A stretch of DNA of 64,000 nucleotides from Eledone cirrhosa. Taxonomy: Eukaryota. Each line of letters opens with the position of its first letter. Within the stretch, counting starts at the first letter, position 1. The position numbers were made by a program, and so were the translations under genes. Shown one piece after another: positions 15,337-29,440 of the stretch. The stretch spans positions 31,992,001 to 32,056,000 of the forward strand of contig OZ024756.1 in NCBI GenBank assembly GCA_964016885.1, given 5' to 3'. The notes under the pieces were generated by a model. It was not told where the DNA came from and ran no database searches. It saw only the letters and a list, made by a program, of their open reading frames with translations.

Positions 15337-15952
15337 TATATATGTATATACACGTGTCTGTACAAGTGAGAGTGGTGACTGAGTATGAGTCGTTGTGTGA
15401 GTTTACATACAACCTATTTTTATACATATGCATATACATATTTACATATGTAAAGGGAAAATATTATATATAAATGTTTTACACACACGTACACACACAC
15501 ATGTATATATATATATAGAGAGAGAGAGTGAGAGAGAGATAGAGAGATAGAGAGTAGGTGAGAGAAAATATTTGCTATTGAAAGTGAAACAGAATCTAAA
15601 ATTGCATAATCCGCAAATCAGCTTGAATATAAATATTTATTCAAAATGTAAAATGTTTCTATTATCTTCTATAATAAAGTACAGTTGCCTTTTCAGATAA
15701 ACCACACGCATTTCTGTATTATAAGAAAAAAAAAAACATTAAAAATAATAATGATAAAAATATAACCAACCTTATCTTTGTTACATATTTACATATTCAT
15801 AAATCGTGATTCTAGACAAGGAACATTTACTTTGGTAAGTTTAAGAATATATAAAGATAAGATGGGTGAAGACAGGGATTTGACATCAAGATAGTTTTTC
15901 TGGTATTCGTATAGTTTGGGGTTCGTTTCTATGTAGTTGTATCTAAATTGAA

Positions 15953-16236
15953 AGTCTGTCTTAAGCCAGAAATTTCGTAAGGGCGGTGCCTATCTCGGCT
16001 TCAAGACGTGAAGCGAGTAAGAGTACAAGATACACCTCCCACTGGGCATGATGGAAGTCCATCGCAGCGTGAAACCCCCAGCTATTGCTAGTACTCATTT
16101 TCAGCTGAGTATACTGGAGTAACGTGAAATGAATTGTTTTGCTCAAGAAAACCACATGCAACCCAGCCTAGGAATCGAACGTACGCCATTATGATCGTAA
16201 GTCCAACACCCTTTTCACTAGGTCACGCGCCTCCAC
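15953..16236 (-). mobile_element. tRNA-derived SINE, family 2 (GTGGAGGCGCGTGG head)
   Basis: Reverse strand has A/B boxes (GTTCGATTCC), a CTTGAGCAA core and a tail ending CTTAAGACAGAC; homologous to 52730-52988, 37191-37312 and 20658-20775. Confidence 0.85.
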
Positions 16237-17119
16237 ATTAAATTGTATGACATTTCTTTCTTCTTTTTTCTTTCGTAATTCTAATGTTTTTCCAAATTCC
16301 CATGATTTTCAAATGATTTTGAAAATAAGAATTTTTATTGATTTTGTAATATAACTTTCTATATATATTCACCTTGCCTTTGGAACCTGTTTCTTACATA
16401 AAACAATGATGGAATATTTTAAACAAATATAAACATTTGAATCCTTACCATATTTCTATTGAAACTGCCTATGAATTTGAAATAATTTTGAAAATAATAA
16501 AAAACATATACCTATACATAAAGAAGGGTTGACAAAGATAAATTCTTCGCTCCTTCTGCTTACATATTAAGCGTAAAAATCTCTAACAGTAAAGCAATTA
16601 CATGGAATATATATTTGAGATAGAGCGTACACACATTTATTCAAAATTTCAGCATTATTTTTGCTTTACAAATGATTATTCGATATAGAGAACTCCTCCG
16701 TACCTTTCCCAAATAAATGAATGAGCTGTAATTTAATAAGCACTAATTTTCCCCCTCGCATTAAAAATAGTTTGTATTACCAAAAAGACAATGCGGCAAA
16801 ATATTTGCAGCTCCTTCTTTAATAGATTCACGCTGCATAACTTCCCACAAGAGATACATCTGCGCATAACGCATACATAAAAAGGACCACAACACACACA
16901 CACACATACGCGCGCGCATACAAGTATAAGTATACACACGTACACACAACAATTGTTTAAAATAATTACGATAACGAAAAGGCACTTGTACTCTTACGTC
17001 AAACTATTGAAACGAACACACACACGCACACACACATATACATACACACACACATACATACAAATGCACGCTTTAAAAGACTTGTCATACAAATATACAC
17101 ACATTAGAATATTCCAAAT

Positions 17120-17510
17120 TTTGGCGCAAGTCCAACAATCTAAACCGAAGGGAAAATTCGATTATATCGAAACCAGTCCGCCACTGGTACGTTATTCTGT
17201 CGACCCCGTATGGATGAAAGGCAAAGGTAAACTCGGCGTTACTCAGAACGTAAAGGGACATAACTATATACCATAAAGCATGTTCAATATGCTCTACTGA
17301 TACTGCTAATACTCTGACTTCAAAAGGACCGGGAGGAAAGTCGATTAAATCAACCCCAGTGCGTGACTGGTACTTTATTCTATCGACCCAGTAAGGATGA
17401 AAGGCAAAGTTAACCTTGGTGGGATTTGAACTCATATCTTAAAGGGCCCTAACTCTATGCTGCAAAGCATGGCGTTCGACCTTCTACCGATACTGCCAAT
17501 CCAAAGCCCT
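17120..17510 (-). mobile_element. Two tandem SINE family 1 copies
   Basis: Core ACTGGTAC...TCGACCC...GGATGAAAGGCAAAG occurs twice. Confidence 0.85.
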
Positions 17511-18211
17511 CATGAATTAACGTAATGTAGAGCGTCATTTGAGATGCTTGGCTGTATCTAATCTTGCCCTCCAGGTACTTGACTCAATGTTTCGCCTAGG
17601 AGGCATTAACCAGCGCAAATAACACGACAATCTAACAAGCACACAGTAGACAGTAGACAAGGATAAAAAGCATCGTAGAGGTCACACGGTGTAACGAAAT
17701 AGGTACGATTAACTGATCGATTAATCAGTTTAAACACTAACTGATTAATTAATTAATTAATTAATTAATTATCTATCTAATAATATAATTTATGAAAATA
17801 AAAACTAAGAAGAAATCAACTTGTGTCAGTACAGCGACATATCAGATATACAGACATACAGAGTACAAAGTATAGGCATCAGCATACTGACTTGTGAATG
17901 AAGCAACATTATATATACATACACACATACCACATAGATACAGTCATACATACATATATACATGTATACATACATACATGCATACATGCATATAACCATA
18001 CATATATATGCATAAATATATATATACAGACACACACGCGCGCGCACACACACATACACACACATGCACAAAAACACACACACAAGCACACACACACACA
18101 ACACACACATATATATATATATATATATTCCATTTACAATACAAAAGAACCGACATTCATAGAATTGTTTCATTAATCATTATTTTCCTGTTGCCTATTA
18201 TATATATATAC

Positions 18212-18273
<62 letters not shown>

Positions 18274-18280
18274 ATATATT

Positions 18281-18356
<76 letters not shown>

Positions 18357-18421
18357 AATATATATACATATATATATATATATATACATATTTATATACA
18401 TATATATATGTATATATATAC

Positions 18422-18512
<91 letters not shown>

Positions 18513-18899
18513 GTATATATATATGTATATATATATGTATATATATATGTATATATATATGTATATATATATACATACATACATGCACACACACACATAT
18601 ATATATACCATTATTTTCCCTTGCTACTCGGAAGCCTTATGTAATATTAAACATATCGCTGACACGTTGATAAATCATGCAATCAAGCCATGATATATTA
18701 TGTAGTTATGGATTATATGAAAAAAAGAAAAATGGCCACTGTTCTTATGCTTCTTTATCATATAGCAACACTTTTACTCTGCATTAACTCTTTGTCTCTT
18801 TATTTAGCGTTGTCCTTGTTTGCCTCTCTGTGCTTTCTATTCTTCCTCGTCTTCCTCTCATATTCATTCTCTCTCTCTCTACCTCTCTTTCTCCCTCCG

Positions 18900-18985
<86 letters not shown>

Positions 18986-19601
18986 TGAGTGAGAGAGAGA
19001 GAGAGAGATTTAGGTTAATATTTATAAATATATATTTATATATGTGTGTATATACATATAAATATATATTCTCATAAATACATATAACTATATATATATA
19101 TTTATAAATGTATGGATATATATGCACATAAAACATATCTATCTATCTATATATATATATCGAACTCTCTCTCTCTCTATATATATATACTTAGAGAGAG
19201 AGAGAGTTCGATATATATATATAGATATGTGTGAGTGTTGGTATGTGTGTGTATGTGTGTTTGTGTTTGTATGTGTATATGTATATATATATATACATAC
19301 ATATACACATACAAACACAAACACATATACACACACATACCAACACTCACACACACATACATATATATATATATATGTATATATATATATGAAAAAGTAT
19401 GACCCCGACAGCAGAGCTCAATGGTTCGTTACCACAACTCCTTGGTTATGTATATATATATATATATATATATTATTGCTAACAATTCATTTCCTCTCTC
19501 TGTGTCTCCCTCCATGGAATGTAGAAAAGATAAAGGAAGATATAAATTAATGAGAATAATCTCCTCTCTTGACTTAAGCAATGGGTTGATAGGAGCACAG
19601 A

Positions 19602-19683
<82 letters not shown>

Positions 19684-19849
19684 TACACATACACACAACC
19701 ACACAACACATCCACACACACTCACGTATTTAGAAACACAGAGACAGACAGGCAAACAAAAACATACATACACACACACACACATATCTATATGTATATA
19801 TATATATATTGATATATATTTATATATATTCATATATATATATATATAA

Positions 19850-19924
<75 letters not shown>

Positions 19925-20384
19925 CATACATATGTGTGTGTGTGTGTGTATGTATTTCTCTAAGTAAATACATTCATATAATTATTTATTTATACATGTA
20001 TTTGTATGTATGTGCTTCTGTGTTTCTAGTTTTTTTATTGTAATATCTGCTTTTTTCTCTCTCTGTATTATTTTTTCTTGCTCAATCCCCAATTGCTATT
20101 TTTCCAAGATTTATTGATCGCAGAATGTGTCAAATTTGCTGAAATATATATGCAATTTAGTAAGCCATTAATCACAGCGAAGGACATTGTAATTGGTTAA
20201 GGTAGAGATATTCCGCAACCATTCCTGCTAAAATAATTACTACATGTGTCTTCATTGTTGATTTTAAAGCTTACTCAGTTTAGTGACAACGTTATTCAAA
20301 CTTAGAGAATATCTTACTCAACAAGCAGCAATATAATGTAATGTTACAATTGGCGAAAATTTATTGCACATTTTGTTTTATATA

Positions 20385-20540
20385 AGGCGGCGAATTGACA
20401 GATTCGTTAGAATTCTATATTAAATGTTTCGGCATCTATTCCGGCAATTTCTGTTCTGAGTTCAAATAATATCATGGACAAATTTGCTTTACATCTTTTC
20501 GTAGCTGAGGAATAAAGTACCAGTCAGATACTAGGGTCCA
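20385..20540 (+). mobile_element. Diverged SINE family 1
   Basis: AAGGCGGCG head, CTGAGTTCAAAT B box, ATAAAGTACCAGT. Confidence 0.75.
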
Positions 20541-20657
20541 CTGGCGAAATATGTAACATGTCTTGGTGTCATGCTTTTTGTTGTCTGATTCGGCTTTGTG
20601 TCTTCTGAATTGATATTACCCCTTTTCCGGTCAGCATTTCCGACCAGCAGATAATAT

Positions 20658-20775
20658 GTGGAGGCGCGTGGCCTAATGGTAAGGGATTTAGATTTGCGAT
20701 CATAATATCCTGGGTTCGATTACTGGGTTGGGTTGCGTGTTGTTCTCTTGAGCAAAATCCACCATTTCACGTTGG
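20658..20775 (+). mobile_element. SINE family 2, 5' part
   Basis: GTGGAGGCGCGTGGCCTAATGG...GGTTCGATT...CTTGAGCAA...TTTCACGTTG. Confidence 0.8.
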
Positions 20776-20900
20776 TAATGAACATCAAGTGACTACTTGG
20801 AACCTAAGATATTCAGAACGTACCGGAGGGTCCTTCTGGAGGGTTCTAAAACGGGGTTAGTCTAATCTTCGTTAACCAGCCTTCTAAGCTCTTGTTATTA

Positions 20901-21125
20901 AAGGTGGTAGATTGGCAATATCGATAGAGCGGCGGACACTCAGCTTTGCAGAATAGAGTTACGACCCTTTACAATCTGAGTTCAAATCCCATCGAAGATA
21001 ACTTTGCCTTTCATCCTTACGGGGTTGATAAAATAAAGTACCAGTCAGGCACTAGGGTCGATTTAAAACTTTCCCTTCCCCCAAAATTGATGGCCTTGTG
21101 CCTATATAAGAAACCATTATTATTA
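20901..21125 (+). mobile_element. Full-length SINE family 1
   Basis: Head, B box GAGTTCAAATCCC, core, GGCCTTGTGCC and (ATT)n tail. Confidence 0.9.
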
Positions 21126-21303
21126 GTAGCAGTACTATAAGTACTAGTAGTAGAAGGAGAAGGAAGAGGTGGAAATTAAAAGAGAAATAGAAAGAGAATG
21201 ATTAAAGCCCCTTCCTGTATTCGAAACATAATTCAAGGGTCGCAGCTATTCTTTGAATCAAACAATTAATTCGAGCGAAATACTTCACAGCATTTCTATT
21301 AAT

Positions 21304-21494
21304 TAATTGTTTCTACTTTTGACACAAGGCCAGCAATTACTCAATATATTACTGGTACTTTATTTTATCGACCCCGTAAGATTTAATGGCAAAGTTAACC
21401 TCGGCGGGATTTGAACGCAGACGATAAAGGGACGTAACTATGTTGCAAAGCATGGCGCCCGACCCTCTACCGATACTGCCAATCCACCACCCTT
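21304..21494 (-). mobile_element. SINE family 1
   Basis: Same sequence as the other copies. Confidence 0.9.
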
Positions 21495-21900
21495 GCATTC
21501 CTATTAATTAATGGCAACGTCCGTTATACAAAGATAGATTACCACAGGAAGACAATGCATGAAACCTTGATATATATCTTACAGTATAACATATTCGGGA
21601 TTATTTAATTCTGCCACCATATTGAATTTTCGGCTCTTGGCTAGAAATTTTGAGACAGCATATCTGAAGCTATTCAGCTTAATGAATTAATAATTATAGC
21701 AATAGTTCTGTGATGGACATAATTAATGCGTCTTTTTCAAGAGAAATGTGAAATGGATCAGATGAATATCACCTGAACACTGCGCCATTTTCTTCACAAT
21801 AGTTCTAGTAATTATTTCTTGGACGTCGGTATAAATTGATTCGGAAACTTTAGATACTGTATTTGATTGAAAGCTGGATTTGTCTGTGTGTCTACATATG

Positions 21901-21963
<63 letters not shown>

Positions 21964-22527
21964 ATTAGTATATTTACCAACATATGCGTACAGATGTACA
22001 CTAATGCTAGCAAATACACAAGTTATGTCATAGTACCTAGGTGGTTCAATGCAGGAGGATGCAGAACAATTAATAATAATATCCGATTCGTTTGCAATTA
22101 TGCAAACACCCTCTCTTTTATACGCCATGTTATTCTTACTCCTGTGTTGGCATGCAAACAAATCTGCATACACAAATGTTTCTTGGTGATTACCATTCAT
22201 CAATACAGTTTACTGCTTACCTACCAACTCTCAGAGCTAGTGAAAATATATGATATTTTCTGAAATATACAGTGACTGATTTGCCTGGTTTGTATATTAG
22301 CAGACTAGCTGATCTGTCAGATCCGCATATTAGCAGACCCACTGATCAGCCAGATTTACATATAAGCAGATAGGCCAGTCAGTTTCATGTACAAGAATGT
22401 TTAATGGACGGCTTTCTTATATTGAAATAATATTCACCCATATTTAGGCATGCACAGCGATAACTAGTTGTCAGTTATTTTATATATATATATATATATA
22501 ACAAAGGCCGTCGGGGTCATACTTTTT

Positions 22528-22623
<96 letters not shown>

Positions 22624-22653
22624 AACAAAAGATGGTTAAAAGATTTCCATGTA

Positions 22654-22720
22654 TTTTATTATGCGCATTTCAAAAACAAATATCATCATGCAATAATATT
22701 TGTGTTTTCATCAGATAAAA
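22654..22720 (-). ncRNA. Type I hammerhead ribozyme motif
   Basis: Reverse strand: TTTTAT-CTGATGA-AAACACAAATAT.../ATATTTGTTTTT-GAAA-TGCGCA-TA-ATAAAA; about 35 nt from (TA)n. Confidence 0.8.
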
Positions 22721-23607
22721 CAGGAAGACATGATATGAAGGTTAAAAAACACTTGTGGATAGTGAAGTTTTAAATCAACATATGAAAAATAGTTTTAGAT
22801 TGATGTGTGATATTGTGAAAAATATTTTATTTTGAGAGGGGGGGGGGTAAGGATGAAAAAGAAGAGGAGATGAGAGTAAAAAGTGGAGAGGGAGGAGTAT
22901 AATGAGGAAGGATGAGATAGGAGGAGAGATGGGTGATAGAGAGAAAGAGATAGCTTTTATAACTGAGAAAGATATATTGTTTTACATAGAGAGGTTGAAA
23001 ACCGTTGGAAGATAATGTATAAATTAAAAGAATTTGAAAATTAACGAAGAGAAAAATAATGTAAAGTTGAGGTTTGTATATTGAGGGGTTTAATAATATG
23101 TGCGATGAAAAGAAAATGTTAATATGTATTAAGAATGATATTTAAGGGTTTAATAATATGTGCGATGGAAAGAAAATGATGATATGTATTATTAAAAAGA
23201 ACAACAGGTAATTTAAGTAAGGATATATTGTGAGATGAGCATGAATGAGTTAGATGAAAGGGAGAAAAAAATAATGAATTGAGGATGAATAATCTAACGT
23301 CAAAAAAATGTTTGTTTACGAAGGATTTTTACAAGGTGATATAGAGTAAGAATGTATTGTATTATGTAATAATTGATTCTATGTTAGGCAACAGTGAGAA
23401 AAGGTACAGATATATATTGGTATATTATGTATACTCCAGTCCTACAAACTGTAGAGTGCTTCTTATCCGATATCTGCATTGCTTTATTGTACTACAATAA
23501 AACTCACCTCCTACATATATATATATAAATATATATAATGCAGTAGTTTGCTTGAATAAATTTATCAAAATATAACGTGTAAAGAAATAAAAAGCTAAAG
23601 AATGCAA

Positions 23608-23641
<34 letters not shown>

Positions 23642-23868
23642 GACAATTTCACCTGGAATCTATGTATATGTTTATTCGAAATGGCTACATTCGCGAAGAG
23701 AACGCGATTTTCTGTGTTCATTCGACGGCATATATATTTGCCTGAAAGTTATATAAATCGCTGCAAGATAAACAAATAAAACACAAGTTTGGCTTCTATA
23801 TGTGACATGCACAAATACATATATACTGAACTGTATAGACGCAGACGCACAAATACACGTGTGCGATT

Positions 23869-24058
<190 letters not shown>

Positions 24059-24186
24059 CTATATATATATATATATATAAACTATATATATATATATATA
24101 TATATATGTAAATATATATATGTATATATATATATATATGTAAACATGTATATATATATATGAATATATATTTATATATACATATG

Positions 24187-24217
<31 letters not shown>

Positions 24218-24318
24218 GAATATATATTTATATATACATATGTATACATGTTTACATATATATATATATCTTTGTATATATGTATATATAAACATATATG
24301 TATATATATATGTATGTA

Positions 24319-24351
<33 letters not shown>

Positions 24352-24409
24352 GGGTATATATGTAAATATATATATATATATAGTATATATAGACATATAT
24401 ATATATATG

Positions 24410-24465
<56 letters not shown>

Positions 24466-24753
24466 CACACACCGACCTACTTGCTTGTAAAAGAAACAGA
24501 GATTATATGATACGTTGGAAAAAGTATTCCAATAATGATATTAATAATAATACAATAACAATGATAACACAAATGAACATGACAACGAAAATGGTGATAA
24601 AGATATATACTCACGTTTTATCAAATACATTGTCTTGTTAAAACAATAATTACATTATTGGGATTTTAACGTATCTTATTGATCACTTTTTGTTCCTGAT
24701 GTTTATGTTGTGTTTTTTGATATTCTGAAGCGTATCATGGGCGTATATATATG

Positions 24754-24819
<66 letters not shown>

Positions 24820-25116
24820 ACATCTACAAGCAAACATATATACATACAGCCATACATATATACATTTATACATATATACATACACACATACATGATTACA
24901 TACATACATTCATACATAGTACATTCAAGCATACATACATATATACATTCAGCCATACAGTATATACGCTCATACATGGATACATATATACATATAGCCA
25001 TACATACATACATACATACTCTCATGCATACATATATAAAAACAGCCATACATACACTCATACAACACGTACATACATACGCTCATACATAATACATACA
25101 CACACTGATACATACG

Positions 25117-25164
<48 letters not shown>

Positions 25165-25207
25165 GGAATACTGTTAGCTTCTCGCTACAACAATTTCTAT
25201 ACTTTTC

Positions 25208-25261
<54 letters not shown>

Positions 25262-25330
25262 TATGAAGAGAGAAGAAACATTTAGATATAATTAGTAATA
25301 AAATGTATCATACCTAAACTGTTCCTAAAT

Positions 25331-25418
25331 TCCTCGACTACGTAGTTTCGTGGCATAAACAAAAACAATATATCAAAGATATAGAGTCCTTGCGAGGTCT
25401 GCCAACTTATCAAGAGGA
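25331..25418 (-). ncRNA. Hammerhead, U3-A8 core variant (family B)
   Basis: Reverse strand: TCCTC-TTGATAA-GTtGGCA...TGCCAC-GAAAC-TACGTA-GTC-GAGGA. Confidence 0.8.
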
Positions 25419-25921
25419 TACCTCATTTTACTAGTCTCAAGAACGCGTCTACACGACGTGAGAAAGAATCCCAAAAGGCGGAGGGGGGGATAGTCACGCG
25501 ATATAACGGTCGAGAAACAGAGCTAAGCCTCTTATAACCACGAAGAAAATACCACGGAGGCGGAGGGGGTATTCATATCGAGGCCGTAGAAGAGGTAGTG
25601 AAGAAGGCGAGAAGTATGAGTAATGGAAGCTTTCCAGTTGTCCCCACACTTCAAAGATTGCTCGACCAGAGGGAGTTATTAATATATTTAAAAACACACA
25701 GATACATGCGGACACACACATATATACATGAATGCATCCGCACCCAACTGTGAGTTAAGGGTGCCAACTTCACCGATGTTGCTCAATGAATGACTGGGAC
25801 AGACCAATTCAGTTTGAACCAGACTGAACCAGTATCAGAGTTAAAAATACATTATGAAGAGAGAAGAAACATTTAGATATAATTAGTAATAAAATGTATC
25901 ATACCTAAACTGTTCCTAAAT

Positions 25922-26009
25922 TCCTCGACTACGTAGTTTCGTGGCATAAACAAAAACAATATATCAAAGATATAGAGTCCTTGCGAGGTCTGCCAACTTA
26001 TCAAGAGGA
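25922..26009 (-). ncRNA. Hammerhead, U3-A8 core variant (family B, second monomer)
   Basis: Same sequence as 25331-25418, 591 bp away. Confidence 0.8.
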
Positions 26010-26536
26010 TACCTCATTTTACTAGTCTCAAGAACGCGTCTACACGACGTGAGAAAGAATCCCAAAAGGCGGAGGGGGAGATAGTCACGCGATATAACGG
26101 TCGAGAAACAGAGCTAAGCCTCTTATAACCACGAAGAAAATACCACGGAGGCGGAGGGGGTATTCATATCGAGGCCGTAGAAGAGGTAGTGAAGAAGGCG
26201 AGAAGTATGAGTAATGGAAGCTTTCCAGTTGTCCCCACACTTCAAAGATTGCTCGACCAGAGGGAGTTATTAATATATTTAAAAACACACAGATACAGTC
26301 GAGGAATTTAGGAACAGTTTAGGTATGATACATTTTATTACTAATTATATCTAAATGTTTCTTCTCTCTTCATAATGTATTTTTAACTCTGATACTGGTT
26401 CAGTCTGGTTCAAACTGAATTGGTCTGTCCCAGTCATTCATTGAGCAACATCGGTGAAGTTGGCACCCTTAACTCACAGTTGGGTGCGGATGCATTCATG
26501 TATATATGTGTGTGTCCGCATGTATCTGTGTGTTTT

Positions 26537-26571
<35 letters not shown>

Positions 26572-26575
<4 letters not shown>

Positions 26576-26780
26576 TGGCTGTCAACTCGTTTTCGAGTAC
26601 GGCCACTACTTTATATCCATGTAGGAGAACCCCTACCGATGCGCTGAACAAGTGTGACTTGTTAGTCCAGGCAGCGACTTGAAAACTCTGGTACAAACAT
26701 TACACTTGTGACAATTATTGACACATAGTGCTGGGCCCATGGTACCATGTGATGACAAGTACAGAGAGATCTCCAGATAT
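26572..26780 (-). mobile_element. 3' fragment of non-autonomous RTE derivative
   Basis: Encodes [17 protein letters not shown]; matches ~35925-36133. Confidence 0.8.
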
Positions 26781-26929
26781 ATACATACATACATATATAC
26801 GCTCATACATACATTCAAGCATGCATACAACCATACGTACATACACTCATACATACATAGATAGATACATACATACATACATACATACATACATACATCA
26901 ATCCATACATACATACGCTCATACATACA

Positions 26930-27315
26930 TTGAAAACGTGTTCTGTTGTGGAGATCAGCTGCCCACTTGAGGTAAACGTTGTCAGAAAATTACAGGAGGA
27001 CATCTACTGACCATTGATGAGGAGTTTACAAATCCAGTATCCAAGATACACCTTTAGCTTCATACCCATCATTATTGGAGCTACGGGTTATATGCCAACC
27101 CGCTTGGACCAAAGTATGACTGAACTTGGATTTGCGGTCAAAGAGCGCGGCTCCCTAATTCATAGTCTACAAATGCCTGCGATAGCTGGCACCTTCAAAA
27201 TTTGCAAAACATTCTTGCGATTCAAGGGATGACAATTTCTTTTCTTTTACAACCTTGCCACCAGGAAGGTGGCCGGTCAAAAAAATATACTCGAAATTAA
27301 GAGAAAGAGATAACA
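26930..27315 (+). pseudogene. 3' fragment of R4/Dong-like non-LTR element (restriction-like endonuclease end and 3' UTR)
   Basis: ...VVEISCPL...FIPIIIGATG...ICKTFLRFKG*; near-identical to part of 34701-35100; embedded in (TACA)n. Confidence 0.8.
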
Positions 27316-27583
27316 TACATATATATTTTTTTCTTTCACCCACGAAACTAATATGTCTGATACATATATACATACCGCTATACATACGCTCATACATGCA
27401 TACATATATGCATATAGTCATACATACATACACTCATACATATATAAATGTATACATACAGCTATACATACACTCATACATTCATACATCCACCCATCCA
27501 TCCATCCATCCATCCATCCATCCATCCATCCATCCATCCATCCATCCATCCATACATACATGCATGCATACATACAGTCATAC

Positions 27584-28080
27584 ATGGTCGCTGCCAACTC
27601 GTTTTCGAGTACGGCCACTACTTTATATCCATGTAGGAGAACCCCTACCGATGCGCTGAATAAGTGTGACTTTTTAGTCCAGCCAGCGACTTGAAAACTC
27701 TGGTACAAACACTACACTTGTGACAATTATTGACACATAGTGCTGGGCCCATGGTACCATGTGACGACAAGTGCAGAGAGATCTCCAGATATAAAGCAAT
27801 GCCTGTGCTGTGAAGCTTTTATAGTGAGCAAAGGCACTGCACAAAGCCAGTCCCACTCTCTTAACCAAGATGATATTTACCAAAAAGAAGAACAAGTCAA
27901 CATCATTGGAAACCATCAGGGTTGCAGGTGTTATATCAGAGTTTTCCTTCTCCTAGAATTCTGCCTTGACAAAGGCTAAGGGGTCATCTCTCCTGGTGAT
28001 TTTGGATGGCCATTGACTCTTAAGAGCTCCTTTTCCGTTTGACAGATTTTGTTTTTAGTCCTGCAGGATGTCCAAAGTCA
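27584..28080 (-). mobile_element. Non-autonomous RTE derivative, 5'-truncated
   Basis: Reverse complement of ~35635-36133. Confidence 0.85.
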
Positions 28081-28136
28081 TACATACATACATACATACA
28101 TACATACATACATACATACATACATACATACATACA

Positions 28137-28172
<36 letters not shown>

Positions 28173-28619
28173 TATATTTTCTTACACCCACGAAACTAAT
28201 ATGTCTAATAGAATTAAATAAATAAATATGAAAAAAAAAGAGTTGTCATTCGTTCCTATGTATATTCTATATAGACCTACATTGATACTGAGATACCTTT
28301 GTTCAACTTTCTGTAAACAATTAAATATCATAGAAGATTCGACATTTTATTAATCGACACAATGAGACTGAGCTACTCAAAGCGACGCGAATAGTAAGCA
28401 ATAGTTAAAGATACAAAGGTAGATAGACATATTTCTTTATTTGTCACAGGGGCGTACACAAATGGGACATTACAAGACGTGACGGCAGAGGTTTTACATA
28501 AAAAATCATATAACTTTAACAATAATAAATAACAATAAACTGTATATATAATAAAATAACAATTGACAAACTATATATATAATAAAATAACAATCTACAA
28601 AGGGAGATAGGTAGATAGA

Positions 28620-29367
28620 TTGATAGATAGGGGTGGGGGTGGGTGAGAGGTAGGAGAGGGTAGCGGGAGGGGGGGGGGGGAGAAGGTGGTGGCGGGAGAG
28701 TGCGGGAGAGAATGGGGCGGGAGAGAATGGGGCGGGAGAGAGGGGGAGAATGAGAGAGAAAGAAAAGAATGAAATAGAGAGATAGAGAGAGATAGGGGAG
28801 GAAAAGGAATGAGAAAGACAGCGAGAGAGGAAAAGAGAGAAAGAGAGAGACAAAGAAAGAGAGAAAGAAAGAGAGAAAGAAAGAGAGAAAGAAAGAGAGA
28901 AAGAAAGAGAGAAAGAAAGAGAAAAAAGTGAAGAAAAGGGAGAAAGAAAGAGAGAGATGAGATGAGAGAAGGGGCGGAGATAAAGAGAGAGAGAGAGAGT
29001 GAAGGAGAGAGTCAGAAAAAAAGGAAAAGAGAGAGAGGAGATCGGGGAGAGAAAGTGAGACACAGAGAGAGAATGAATGTGAGAGAAAGAGAGAGTGTGA
29101 AAGAGTGAGAAAGAAAGTGTAAGTAAGACAGAACGAAAGAAAGTGAGTGACACAGAGAGAAAGAGATGGTGTGAGTGTGAGAGAAAGAGATAGAGTGAAA
29201 GAGTGAGAGAGAAAGAGAGAGGAAGAAATAGAGACTGAGAGAGAGAGACAGAGAAAAGAGAAAGACTAAGAGAAAGAGAGAAAGAAAGAAAGGGAGAGAG
29301 ATAGAGAGAAAAAGTGAGAGAGAAAGAGAGAGAAAGAAAGACAGAAAGAGAGAGAGAGAGAGAGAGT

Positions 29368-29413
<46 letters not shown>

Positions 29414-29440
29414 TGGGGTGGGGGTGGGGGAAGAGAAAGA
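28620..29440. repeat. Polypurine GA-rich low-complexity tract
   Basis: Directly visible. Confidence 0.9.

Larger units (their letters stand above)
25259..26542. mobile_element. Family B retrozyme-like element: 591-bp unit x1.75 in tandem (minus) plus an inverted 245-bp segment (plus), between (TA)n tracts
   Basis: 25259 and 25850 start near-identical units; inversion junction at ~26297; one HHR per unit; no credible ORF. Confidence 0.85.

Noticed and set aside
16782-16860. Possible minus-strand exon (AG...GT bounded, open frames)
   Set aside because: No recognisable protein motif and no partner exons; such signals are common by chance. The same applies to candidates near 9982, 15815 and 42638.
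22277-22380. 33-bp repeat x3, and other short spaced repeats, as CRISPR-like arrays
   Set aside because: Eukaryotic context, degenerate tandem units, no unique spacers and no cas genes.
25494-25721. 75-aa ORF in the family B unit
   Set aside because: No recognisable domain, starts in (TG)-rich sequence, and I could not see it preserved in the other family B copies.
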